A stretch of 64,000 bases of DNA from Azolla caroliniana. Taxonomy: Eukaryota; Plantae; Polypodiophyta. How positions within the stretch are numbered: position 1 is the first letter of the stretch; each line of letters begins with the position of its first letter. Under the pieces are notes generated by a model that did not search any database, was not told the DNA's origin, and saw only the letters and a list, made by a program, of their open reading frames with translations. The translations under genes were made by a program, and so were the position numbers. Location: the NCBI GenBank assembly GCA_043228905.1, contig JBHGNT010000010.1, positions 21,328,001 to 21,392,000 on the forward strand, read 5' to 3'. Below, one piece after another: positions 27,031 to 39,192 of the stretch.

Positions 27031-28692
27031 CATGATGCAGATGGTGATGATGATGCATGCTTATGTTGAACTTATTATTATGATCATCCATATCATGGTG
27101 GTCATGATGATGATCACCATGATCATCATCATCATGACCATAATAAGGGCCACTACCTACATGGCCCACACAGTATTGTTGTGGCAGAGCCTTGCTTTTA
27201 TTCTTACCACAATTAGTATTAGTATTATTATTAGTAGTAGTGGTCATGTAATCTTCATTATGATAGGCATCCACATCGCATGTACTGCTATCACTGCATT
27301 TATTAGGGTTATTGTCTGTATGGAGCAGCTGATTCTGAGCATATTGATGATGATCATGGCCAATCGATAAGATGGAGGAGGAGGAGGATGTGGACATGGG
27401 CGGAGATGGTGGCATGCAGATCGATGGGCCAAATGATGATGCAGGAGGGGCGATGGCGTACTGATTTGCCATGGATGATGATGATGATGATGATGACGAT
27501 GTTAGCCTCTGCAGGGTCGACGAGTCCAGGAAAAAGATCGGCTTTGCCTTGTAGTCAGGGAACGGATTGTTAGGATTAGTGTTGTCTGCATTGTATCTGG
27601 CTGTGATTAGCGAGCTTGCTTGAGGATTATTCACTGTGGACTCGCAGGGGTTAATCACATCCTTCATCACCATCGCTTGATGATTATGCCCATTCTCCTG
27701 CAGGTTCTGATGATGGCTCTCATGATGCTTCATGGTCGTGTAACGCATAGAGATGGGGATCGGGGCACTCAGCCCACCGTAATTACTGCCAATCAGGTGG
27801 CCATTATTAGCTCCCTGCATAACATTGATCACACTGTCATTAATCCCCCCCCCTGCAGTGGCGATGGCATCATGGTGATGAGCAGTAGCAGTAGTGTATG
27901 ATGAAGAAGAAGACGATGGTGATGGTGATGGCGAGGAGGTCTTGATCTGATGATTACTGTTAATCTTACTGCTGTTGTTATTTGAAGCAGCCAAGAGCAA
28001 TGGCTGATGAGTTGAAGGATCGATTCCCATCGTCTTCAATTTCTTCTTCAAATGCGTGTTCCAATAGTTCTTGATCTCATTGTCTGTCCTCCCTGGTAAT
28101 CTCCCTGCAATCAGAGACCACCTGCAGCGTCATTCAATTCCTGAATTTGATTAGTGGACATCTCTCTGATTAATCACTAATTAATAGGTCTTACTTAATC
28201 AATGCACATTACCACATTCCCTGCACGTGAGTATATTATTTAATGTGTGATTGATTTTAATTAGGTACCTGTTTCCTAATACAGAGTGCAGCTTGATGAT
28301 CAACCGATCCTCCTCTTCTGTAATGTTTCCTCTCTTCAGATCAGGCCTCAGATAATTAATCCATCGCAGTCTGCAGCTCTTCCCACACCGTAACAATCCT
28401 GCAAGAAAGAAGAAGGTCAAAACAATTTCATCAGCCATTAACCATAATAAGATCAGGAGCACAAAGTCTAGACTCTGCATAACATTAATACGATTTTAAT
28501 AAGCTTAATCTGAATGGTTCAGAGAAGAACAAGATGTAATAAGGAGAAAGAAAGATGACCTGCGGCCTTCGGTAAGGTCCTCCAGCTTCCTTCGCCATGG
28601 CTGGTAATGTACTGGATCAGTTTGAGGTCTTCTTCACGCGTCCAAGCTCCTCTGTTCAGCCCTACCTTCTCGCAGCAAGGAGCTCTCCCCAT
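26738..28692 (-). CDS. R2R3-MYB transcription factor (GIDP-motif type), 548 aa, 3 exons
   Basis: Exons 28560-28692 (133 nt), 28269-28398 (130 nt) and 26738-28121, the canonical R2R3 exon sizes. [18 protein letters not shown]...[24 protein letters not shown]...[28 protein letters not shown], then [11 protein letters not shown]. Confidence 0.97.
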
Positions 28693-31600
28693 TAGATTTA
28701 ATGATATAGAGTCTACTGATCAGATTAGCTTAATCAATGAAGATACTGGGTTAGTTTAATTCTCTGACTGTAAGGAAGAATGCTTGTGTATACAGAATTG
28801 ATTAATAATGGAATGGGCAGCCTGAGAAGACTTAGAAACACGTCATAAGCAGCAGCTGCAGTAGAATCAAAGGAGTTGATGAAAACAGTAGAGGGGATAG
28901 ATAAGGCGGTTAAAAAAGGACGGAAAGATTAAGCTAGAGCGGATCAATGGAGCCAATGGGTTGGGATTAAGAGAGGATTAGGGGAGGATTGAGGAAGGAT
29001 GATGGTAGAGTTAGTTATTTATGGGAGGATTAGTGGAGAATTTGGGGGGATTAGTGGAGGATTAGCGAAGGATTAGGGGAGCATGAGCAAGCCCATCAGG
29101 ATTGAGTTTTAAAAAAGATGCAGAGGAGGTTACTATATATATATATATATATGGATGGATGAATGGATGGATGGATTTGTGGTGGGCGCTGATCCAGGCC
29201 TCCAGGTTTAAGAAATTATTATAAACATTTGGGAAATAAGAAGAAGAAATGGCAGCTTTTATCTAAATTTCAGCTTTTTAACATTAAATGAAGGATTGAA
29301 GGAGGGAATGAAGAGACTGCAGGAGAAGTTTCAAAAAGATGAAGATCTGAGAGACAGAGAAAATGGAGGCATAATTTTTGGCCTCACAAATTGATAGGGG
29401 CTGAACAAAATCAAAATAATTTCTCCGCCTTCAATTCTTTCTTAAATTTTTTATTTTTATTTTTTCTCCCTCTCAGTCTTCTCTTCTCTGTGTTTCTCCC
29501 AAAACAAATTCGATCATTTTCGTTTATTTTATTTATTTATTTTCTCTGGCTATGTTTTTGGGCGCAAATTCAGTGACGGCCTTTTTTCCTCTTTCTTCCT
29601 TCCTTTCTTTCCTTTTTTTTTTTTGTTTTCGAATTTATTAGGAAAAATAAAAATAAAAACAAATATATAGAAATAATGCAGATAAAACTGAAAGGCCAGC
29701 CATTGTTCCTGCTATAGCTTCGCTTATGGCCTCTCATGCCCAAACCATTACTTACATACATAGTGTTTCCTTCGGTTTGCTTGGACACACACACACAATT
29801 CCCTCGGTTGGGTATGCTTCTCAGATCACCCTTACACACACCCCTCGGTATTTGCCCAAAACATTACATGGTTTGGGTTTGGGTTTGGGTTTGGTTCGGC
29901 TCGGTTTGGTTTGGTTGGACACACATTGTTACCCCAAGTTCCACTTCTCAGCATCGCCCCTACACACACCCTGTGATATGTCGAAGACTTACATGGTTTG
30001 GTTTGGTTTGGTTTGGTTCGGTTGGACACACACTTATCTTGGTTGTGAGCTTCCTCCCACCCTCACAACACCCCTTGCTTTTATGCACAACACTCGACTC
30101 CACAATTCTTGGTTCGTGTGGTCTCTTGTTGCAAACTCGTTATCTCATACTTGCATAGTGCACCATGCTTTCTTATCCAGAGTAATCAATGGCTCATGTC
30201 TCCCCTTGACTACGATGGGCATTAGCCTCTTTAGTCTCGATTGGCTTTTGTTGACTATGAAAAGAATATAAGAATAGTTGCATCGAATGTGTGATCACGT
30301 TTGTTGAAGTATAGTGAAGTCGGGGGCATTGTCGACATGCTATCGACCTTAAGAATATTGATATATACGACCTAGACAGATTGACAATAAGCTTGACTTT
30401 TCATGCATGGAATTTTATATATTTCTCCAATTTTTGCTTCAAGCCTCCAATTCTTATCATATTAATTCACTTTGTAGAGCTGCTTGTCCATTCGTGTGCC
30501 ATTCTCCTATTCTCTAACATCTAAGTTCAAAGTGTGTTCATAACGTACCATCTTACCAAATTAATAATTGATGTCGGTCAATTCTATAACAAGTTGTCAT
30601 GTTTAGTCGATGTGTGCCTTGTTTTTTACTATTCGTGTTGTCTATTGATTCCAATGATGTGGCAAGCTAGTTATATGTTTTAAAATTATGAATAGTAAAT
30701 GTTATTGAACATGGCAAATGTTTCTTTTGTAATCAAATGTGAGGGTTCCAACACAAAATGACCGTCGAGCTTACAGTGTTGGTAGATCATGAAAAAGTTG
30801 ATTGGTAGATCAATGCAAGTTTAGACATAAGTTGCCATAGGAGTTGATTGATGCGTTTACATAAATTTGGCTTGTTAGGGAAACTAGATGGAAGTATTTG
30901 TGAAGGGTAAATCTATATTTGTATGTTTGTTGCCATTCAATAAATGGTGGGGATTGCCCAAAATGTTGCAAACATATTTTACATATCTGAATGAATATCC
31001 CCTTCAATTATCCAGTATGTGTTAGACATCCACCTACGTTCTCCCTATAAGCACGAGCTTGCAAAAATTCAGATATGCCATGTAAGGATATATCACTCTC
31101 ACATGTGGTTATCTTGGGGACCCAAGGAGCCTTAGGTATGCTTCACAATACAAGTGTTTCACATACAAGGAACATACGAGTGCCCATATATCTTAGGCCA
31201 AATGTTTCACATACAAGGATCATGAGTATTTCGAATAGAAACATCGCATATCAAATTTAAATTCAATTCCCCATTATTAAAACCAACCATCGTTGTGATC
31301 GTTTCACGGTGAACATATGAATTGAAGTACCCATCATACTACGAAATCAATAGAATGAAACCATGTATAAATGAGTTGGCGAGATTGATCATTAGTATAT
31401 ATCATGGATATAAGGCATCATGTCATGATACACTAAGGGACCATGAAATTCCAAAGTTGTATAGAAAGCAAGCTCAAAGGTGATGACAACACCACGCACT
31501 TCGCATGGGAGGCACACCATTTCACTCATTTGATTTTATGCATAATTATCCCCCATCAAGAGAAAAACAATTAACACATAAAACAGTTATTATAAATTGT

Positions 31601-31793
31601 TCCTTTCTTTGCAAAAGAAAAGCCATAGAACCATGCATCATGCCTCTCCCCATCATAACCCCCTTTTAAAACTATTTTCCAACAGCCCTCAGGCAATACG
31701 CGTGGTTCTAAGTCTTACTTTACACACACATATGTATATATTTTTATTTACTCCTCCATGTAAGTTTCAAATATTGACTAATCATATCCTTTA

Positions 31794-32073
31794 AAGCCTC
31801 AGCCCATAGTATGTACCATACGTGCATTCTCATTCAAGAATGTTTCAATCTTTTTTCGAGTATGGTAAACACCCTCAAAGTATGGTAAATACTAAATACC
31901 ACACTTTTGTATTCATTATTTATTATAAGGATTTTTTTAAGGTAAGAAAATTAAGGGTAAAAAGTGTAAAAAAAACATAAGAATGTTTTGATAACATACG
32001 CATTCGTTTGAATTCGTATGAAAAAGAATGTTTGCAATGCATTTGAATATATTACGTACTATGCCTCAGCCTA
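31794..32073. mobile_element. MITE-like element, copy 1
   Basis: Sub-terminal inverted motif CCATAGTA (31804)...TACTATG (32057). It shares a 20-bp exact block TATGGTAAACACCCTCAAAG, plus flanking similarity, with the inverted copy near 44.2-44.5 kb. Confidence 0.6.
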
Positions 32074-35000
32074 ATCCAGAGTCCAATGTACTTGAGCTCC
32101 ATCTCAAATTATGTGTTGTCGTCTTAATAACGTTATTTACCTTTACGTGTCCTATAAGCCTAGGGATAAATATTATTAAATACAATATGCATCGATTTAA
32201 TGAGTCTTATGGTATATGAAATTATGATTATAACTTCGATACATGCCAAACTTACCTGCGATGAGTGTCAACCATATCAAATTATCATGTATGCGTCCAA
32301 GGGACTCGATGACGATGAATATTCTCATGTGGATACCTCTAGTTTGAGATGCATCTATGTTTCATCCAAAGGGAGCATGGCCACATTACTTGTTAACCAT
32401 TTTATAACAACTCTTCATAGTTCAATCTAATGTAACCATTTTTAAATATTGCACTTTTTTAACCATTTTATAACAATACTTCATAGTTCAATCTAATGTA
32501 AGCACAACTACACCACAATCAAACCAAGTGGGACATTTCAAGCGCCGCAAAATTCCTTATACATCATGGTTGTCCACGAGGTGTAAAACATTTCTAAGAT
32601 TAAGGAGTTCATAAAACATTGACGCGTAAAGCATTATAGATCATAACACATTGATATGACTTAATTAGAGTCTTGTTAATTAAGCCAAGGTGGGATCACT
32701 TATCCCATAGATTAGATGCCATAATTTTAGTGGAAGAGTATGGTTTCACCAAGTAAGGTTTATTTCCATAGCTAGACGGTTAACACAACGGGACATCATT
32801 TTAAAGAATGCATGTCATTATGCATGTTTTATATTTGTTTCTAATTGTTTGCCATGTTTTATGTGAATTCAATGTTTTAACGCCTTTAAATGGGAAGACA
32901 TATTTTGGAATAACAATCATGCAAGAAAAACAATAATCTTCTAGTTCAAAAGTATACTCAAGTCAAAGCTTTTGGGTGATTTTTTTTGTGAACTAATTTT
33001 ACTACATTTTTCAATCATATGAATGAGAAGAAGAGAAAGATTCATGGCCAATGATGTGAATTTTAAGAAAGTTAAATGTACACAAGCCCACTACAAAATT
33101 TAATGTCACATGAAAAATGCTTATATTCAAAATTCAATATAGAATACGAAGTGTTTCAAAACATGAAGAGACATACTCAATTCGTTCAAGCTTTCATTGA
33201 CACAACTCCTATGGTAGTAAAGTTGGCGCTTTTTGTTTATTGACCGATCACGTTTATGCTAGATGGTAAGTTCGCCTTTATGATAGTTTTATTCTTTCTA
33301 TATGCACAATCACATGACTGTATACCAGTTTCTTCATTGTACTCTTCTTCTCTCAATCACATATCATGCTTGCCACGAGATGGCAACCAATATGTTTTAC
33401 CATTATGCCAACAATGTCTACCCATATAATAGTTGGTGTTGTAGGATTAAAATGTCAATGTATAGAAATGTGAACCTAGGGATAAATAATAGGTTTAGGC
33501 TAATTATTGTACGATATTCATGCATTATAATGTAAATACTCAAATAGTGTTACTAAGGAAACAAATTCTAATCTTAGAGTGCTTCCACTTACATTTGCGC
33601 TAATACGTTTCTTGTTTTCTGGACATTTTCAAATCCAATTTAGCGGCATAACTTGGTTAGTATACTCTCAATACCCCCGGTTTAACTTACTTCATCCCAT
33701 GTTGTGATTGGTTTTGCATGGACATTACGTTTAATGAGTAATGCATCCTCGAGAGATGATAAAATGTAAATGTGTCCATGAAATTTACTTGTGTTTATTT
33801 GCATTTCGGGATCATTCTCTATTCTTTTCCTCTTATTTAATTTTGGAAGGCATTTTTTTACCGCTTCCATGACAATTGCATTGCAAATGGTCCAAAATAT
33901 ATAATGGGAATGCACTTCCAATGTTGACGAAATGTCTAATGAAATTTGCAAGATTGAAAAGTATTAATAATGTGGTTGCAAAAGCCCCTTATTTTTAAAG
34001 TCAAAATTTCCTTTCTTATCTCAATAATGTCATTATTTTGATTCTACATGCTCTGGCATGTGTAGTCTAACCTAAAATAACACCAGCATACAATATAGTT
34101 TGAAATTAACTATGCAAACATGTTGTTGTAATCTCACAAATAAATATGCGAAATTCAAATTGTCTGGTAAACATATATCATGTGTGTTGTTATCTGAAGT
34201 CATGATTCAACTAAATGTGTACTTTGCGCTGAAATTGTTTGTGATAATAAGATCATAAAAGTTTGCATTCATCGCAACCAAATCTTGGTGTTATGTGAAC
34301 TACATGGCAATAGTTGTTAACTTATATTCTAGCCAAAACATTAATGTGGATAAAGCAATCCATATGACATGAACAACTTTTATAGATTGGAATAGACCAC
34401 ATGAGCATGATATAAGAAAGTCAATGATTGTCGAGCGGGAAATGCGTGCTTTTATACCAATAACTTTGTTATGAAATGGAGTTCATCGAGATGAAATTTG
34501 TTGAATTTGAAAAGCTTAATATGATGGCCTGTTGATAAATCATTGAGGTTGCAAGTTAAATGCTTGAGCATTAGTAGTTTGTTGCACTCGTTATAAAAAT
34601 CTGGATTTTGAGATCATGTCAAAAAAAAGTGTTAGCTTAAGGTTCATAAGGGCTTAGGAAGCGCTCATAGAAACGGTGTTTTTAAAGGTCGTCTCTATGG
34701 CGTTGATGTGCAACTTATAGAAAACATGTTGGAAGAGAATGATAAATTTGTGGCAACCCCTTCTTCAGGAGTTGATGAGCCAATGGATTTCCTTAAAAAA
34801 GCCATCAAGACGAACTTTGGCACAAAGTTGTTTCGAGATTTTGTCAAACATGGGCAAGTGGCACGACTGAAAATGGTTGTACCAAATGACAATTAGGTAT
34901 TCTAGTGATAAATAAATTTTGGTAAATTTAGGATGTATTACTATCATTTGAGCACAATCTCTATTGTACGTTATTCGCCTTCCATGTGGCGGGGAAGGTG

Positions 35001-37475
35001 GTGAGGTGTTCCTCAACATCGTCCTCCTCTTGATAATCGGAATTGGGGTGCAACATGTCTTCTTTCTCTAGGATGATCCAACAAAAGATTGGGTATGCAT
35101 TTGTCCAAAACATGTATGTGCTACATTGCACATAAGGTGGAGTACATTGGTGATGTGGGGAAGTGGATCTCGTTGGACATGGTGGTAGTGGTCCCATATA
35201 TCACATGTTATGGTTGTGTCCTAGTAGAATAGGGGATGGTGGGGTAAAAGACTAAAAGATTGATTGATCTTAGAGCAGAGAATCATGATCATCGAGGCAT
35301 CTTGGTGTTAGGTATGAACTTTGGGGGTTATCATGGCTATGGTAAATATTGTGTTAGTAGGAGCACGTGTGACTACCATTATTGACTATTACATACATCT
35401 TTGGATGTTTGTCATCCAACAAGAACTAGTGCATAAGCGAATCAAGAGTAAACCCTTAAGGTTAAATGACATGAATATGGCAACCCACCATGTAAAAAAA
35501 TTGAATTGAGTCAACTCACACAATTGAAACATGTGATTGTCAAATGATGACTAGTTTCATATTTGAATTATAACGCGGAAATAATTTTCTATTATCTATC
35601 CGCTTATTGATAGTGTTAATTAACATTAAACAATTTTAGTTTGTAGTAAAGCATTATCAACTTCCACATGCGATCTCGTTGCGCAATATCCAATTCACGA
35701 AGGACAACATCAAACTTCACTAACCCACTTGCTACAACAAGTTACCTTTATTGTAACTTCACTAACCTCAATATACTTACATGGGTAGAGAACCTTCCTC
35801 ACAACTTCACTATCCACATCTAGCACCCACCAAATCAGCGTGCTTGACAGTTAAGTGGGTCCTCAAATGGTCAATTGCTATCAATGGAAATCGTAACACA
35901 CGTGCATTCAAACCCATTGTCTAATTGAGAAGAGGGTATCACACATGAGGACGCTTGATACCCCATTTTGGGCATTGCCTCCATGATAACCACAAAAGGA
36001 ATATGACATTATTTCCCTTACCATGAGCCTACATCTTGGATATGGAAGCAACAATTAAGATGAGTGAGGATATTGTACATGCAAACCAATAATTGGCAGT
36101 GGATGTGATCAATGAGGTTCATCACCGTATGTCCACGCATTGACAAAAAGTAGTCGGTCACATGGATGCATTGCTCCAACTTTCCTAGAGAAGAACATCA
36201 GTAATTTATTGTTCCTCTCATTTTTCCCAATAATGTTGAAGGGATCGTGCCTACCTTGAAGTTGTTGAACTCAACCCTACATTTGAGATTGCCAACTCCC
36301 AACCCATATTGTACAAAACTATAGAATATGAAGTTCTTAGCCATCGTTGAGTTATCGTCCTTGATTCTCTAGCTCTAGCAACCCTATGTTCATCACCACT
36401 TTCTCCATCTAAAGCTTGGGTTGGTTTGAGGAATTTATTGTCCCATTGGCATGCCAAACTATTAATTGTTAATCAGGAATGAAATCAAAAGACCATAATA
36501 TAAACTAAAGAAAAAGTATTTATACTTAATAAGGTTATAGGACTACTTTTAGAATGATAAGGATAACCACTAGTGGGGTGGTCTTAAGGAATCACACATT
36601 AACGCCAAAGAGTGAGATAACAACCTACAATGTAACATTTCGACGTTGCCCAAGTGGCAGAATTAAAATGTGTCATTGTTGATCAACTACTAGTATAGTT
36701 TTGGCATACCGATAGAATTCAATTCAATTTCTTCATGTTTTGTGTCTTCTTGTTTATTGTTAATGATCTTTGGTGCCACATTGTTTATTATTATTTCTAT
36801 TTTAGAGACTTCTATTATCCATATAGGGTGTGCATTAAGTAAAGTAGGTTGTACGCTAATTAGAGTGTTATGGCATCTACCTGGAACAAACAATTATTAT
36901 AGAAACTCTTTCAAGTAGTATAACTAGTCTATCCCTCAAGTATTAGAAGGGGTTGTGCATTTTAGCTTCTTCATGCAAGGAGATGCACAAAAATAGTCGT
37001 AGGAACTCCATCAAGTTGTATAGCTAATATAGCCCTCAAGAATCATAATTGGTTGTGCCCATTAGCTTCTTTATGCTTCTTTAGGGGGATATTAATTGCC
37101 AGCACTATGGAGGATCAATATAACTCAACCAAAACACGATGACAATAAATTAGAATAGTTGTCAATAGTGAGCGTCACATCATGGTCACTATGGGTTAAC
37201 TCATGGGTTGTAAGGGAGCTATTCAACAATGATGGTTGCTTATGTTTGAACAATACGGGGACAAACATTGTGGAAGCTATGTCCTATGAAGGGAAATAGA
37301 GGTTATGCAAGTTTCTCTCTTTGACTTATGTGTTGCCAAGCTTGGTAGAATACCTCATTAAGACTATGACAAGAACAATCAATTCTAACTCTACACAAGG
37401 TTGCTTATCACTCAAAAACCTTGCATGTAATAAATGTTGAATTCAAGTGGAGATAGGGATACCAAAGTGTTGTGA

Positions 37476-38172
37476 TGTAGCGGGTCCAAAAGGGAGGGAA
37501 GGGAGAAAAAGGGCGAAAAAGGGTGGCCACAAACAATGCAAATATGTAAAAGCAATTTGAAAACTCGATGGCTTAGTGATTAAGGTTATTGATTGTGTAA
37601 TAAAGGTGAACGGTTTGAAATTTGGCACGTGAGTGTGGGTGTTAACTACCCCATTTTATCATTTTGATGAAAGTGGAGTTGTTAAGCATTTAATGCAGTT
37701 GGTGAGCCTCATCTCTAACTATATAAAGGGGAATTGAGGGCTCATTTTGGGGTTGGACTATTTTTGGAAATTAAAGGGTTTTGTGAGGTCTTTTTTCTTT
37801 TGTAGTTTTAGAGTTCCTTGTGTGGTGTGAGATTGGGTTGCATGTACATGAATTTTGTGGTAATCCGGCAAGATGATTGATGGGGAAAGAGGAAGCATAG
37901 TTGTTGACTTTACAACCACAAATATGGAAAGTGGTTCTCTTGAAAAACCAAATAACGTAGTTGATCGCCTTCAAAGCCGAGATGTACATATTGAAGAAGT
38001 ATTGAATGGTTCATAACTATGACATGAGAGGGTTTGTTTCTGAATATATCTACTTTCGTTGTTGCCTATGGATATGGATACCTTGCAATGTGTCTAGGGA
38101 ATAGATTGTAATTGTTGGATTGTTTTCTCTATGTTAAAGTACATAGATTTGTTTCCTCAATTGTTGTCTACA
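37476..38172 (+). mobile_element. probable old solo LTR
   Basis: TGTAG...CTACA termini and an internal TATATAAAGGGG. No clean TSD. Confidence 0.4.
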
Positions 38173-38366
38173 CAAGACGAGCTCGGGAAAAAATACTTTG
38201 TATGATGTAACCGTTATGACCTTTCTTTATAACTAATAGAAGCATAATTTGTTTTGAAAAAAAAAGAATCCCAATAGTTTCCTGCATGAGAAGTGAACTT
38301 GAGTAATTGAAAAAATAAGGGCGAATTTTCGGGGACATTACATGTATGCTTCTCCCGTGCATCATC

Positions 38367-38823
38367 ACTTCTCATCGGAAATATGAAGGGAACAAATCGA
38401 AGTTGGACACACAGAGACAAGAGCTTTTTAATGGATAAAAGTTTCTCATGAAAATTCTCGTGATATTCACGCTCCAGAATGGATCAGGAGTGTTTTTCAA
38501 TCTTCATTGGTTGGTTCGATCATCGTGTCTCATCTCGATCCATTCCAGTCACTTCTTCGATCGGAACCGTAACCTAACCTATTACAGAAACCTACTTCTC
38601 ATCGGAAATATGAAGGGAACAAATCGAAGTTGGACACACAGAGACAAGAGCTTTTTAATGGATAAAGTTTCTCATGAAACTTCTCGTGATATTCATGCAT
38701 GAGAATGGATCAACAAAGGGAGTGTTTTTCAATCTTCATTGGTTGGTTCAACCATCATGTCTCATTTCGATCCATTCCGGTCACTTCTTCGATCGGGACC
38801 GTAACCTAACCTATTACAAAAAC
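38367..38823. repeat. 2 x about 227-bp tandem duplication upstream of the MOS11-like gene
   Basis: ACTTCTCATCGGAAATATGAAGGGAACAAATCG...CCGTAACCTAACCTATTACA starts at 38367 and 38594, with high identity. Confidence 0.93.
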
Positions 38824-39192
38824 GTAGGTGTCAAGGCGATTTGTTGGTCAGTCGGTTGGGTCCTAAAGACATGGTTCCCAAGGGCACGAGATCAATCGCC
38901 CGCCTCTCGTGTCGTGCAATGTTTGGTGTTTGTGTCCCTTGGGGTTACTACATACTTAGTACATACATACATATGTACATACATGATACTACTAGGCCCC
39001 ATCTAAGTAATAAATAATATCTATGTACATACTATATTCAAGTCATTCATACTTACATATGTATCTTCTATATGTAAATCTCAATACAAATTTCAATGTT
39101 CAGAGTCCTTCCATTTTTCTTCTTCTTCTTCTTCTTCTTCTTCTTCTCTGCATCATCATACACCGCGTAGCCCCCTTTCTTTCGAAGCTTCC

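Noticed and set aside
26661-27901. Overlapping and antisense ORFs in MYB exon 3
   Set aside because: By-products of CAT/GAT/CAG trinucleotide repeats in the real CDS.
29726-30271. 181-aa and 140-aa ORFs upstream of the MYB gene
   Set aside because: Built from GGTTT and CA microsatellites, with no domain signal. The ORFs at 18000-18524 and 53153-53674 are similarly microsatellite-derived.
30300-37400. Probable ancient TE debris (also about 7150-9500 and 11900-12600)
   Set aside because: No diagnostic motif or boundaries could be identified by eye, so it was not annotated.
38835-38910. tRNA/SINE-like stretch (A-box-like TGGTCAGTCGG)
   Set aside because: The B-box is too degenerate, and there is no cloverleaf, tail or TSD.
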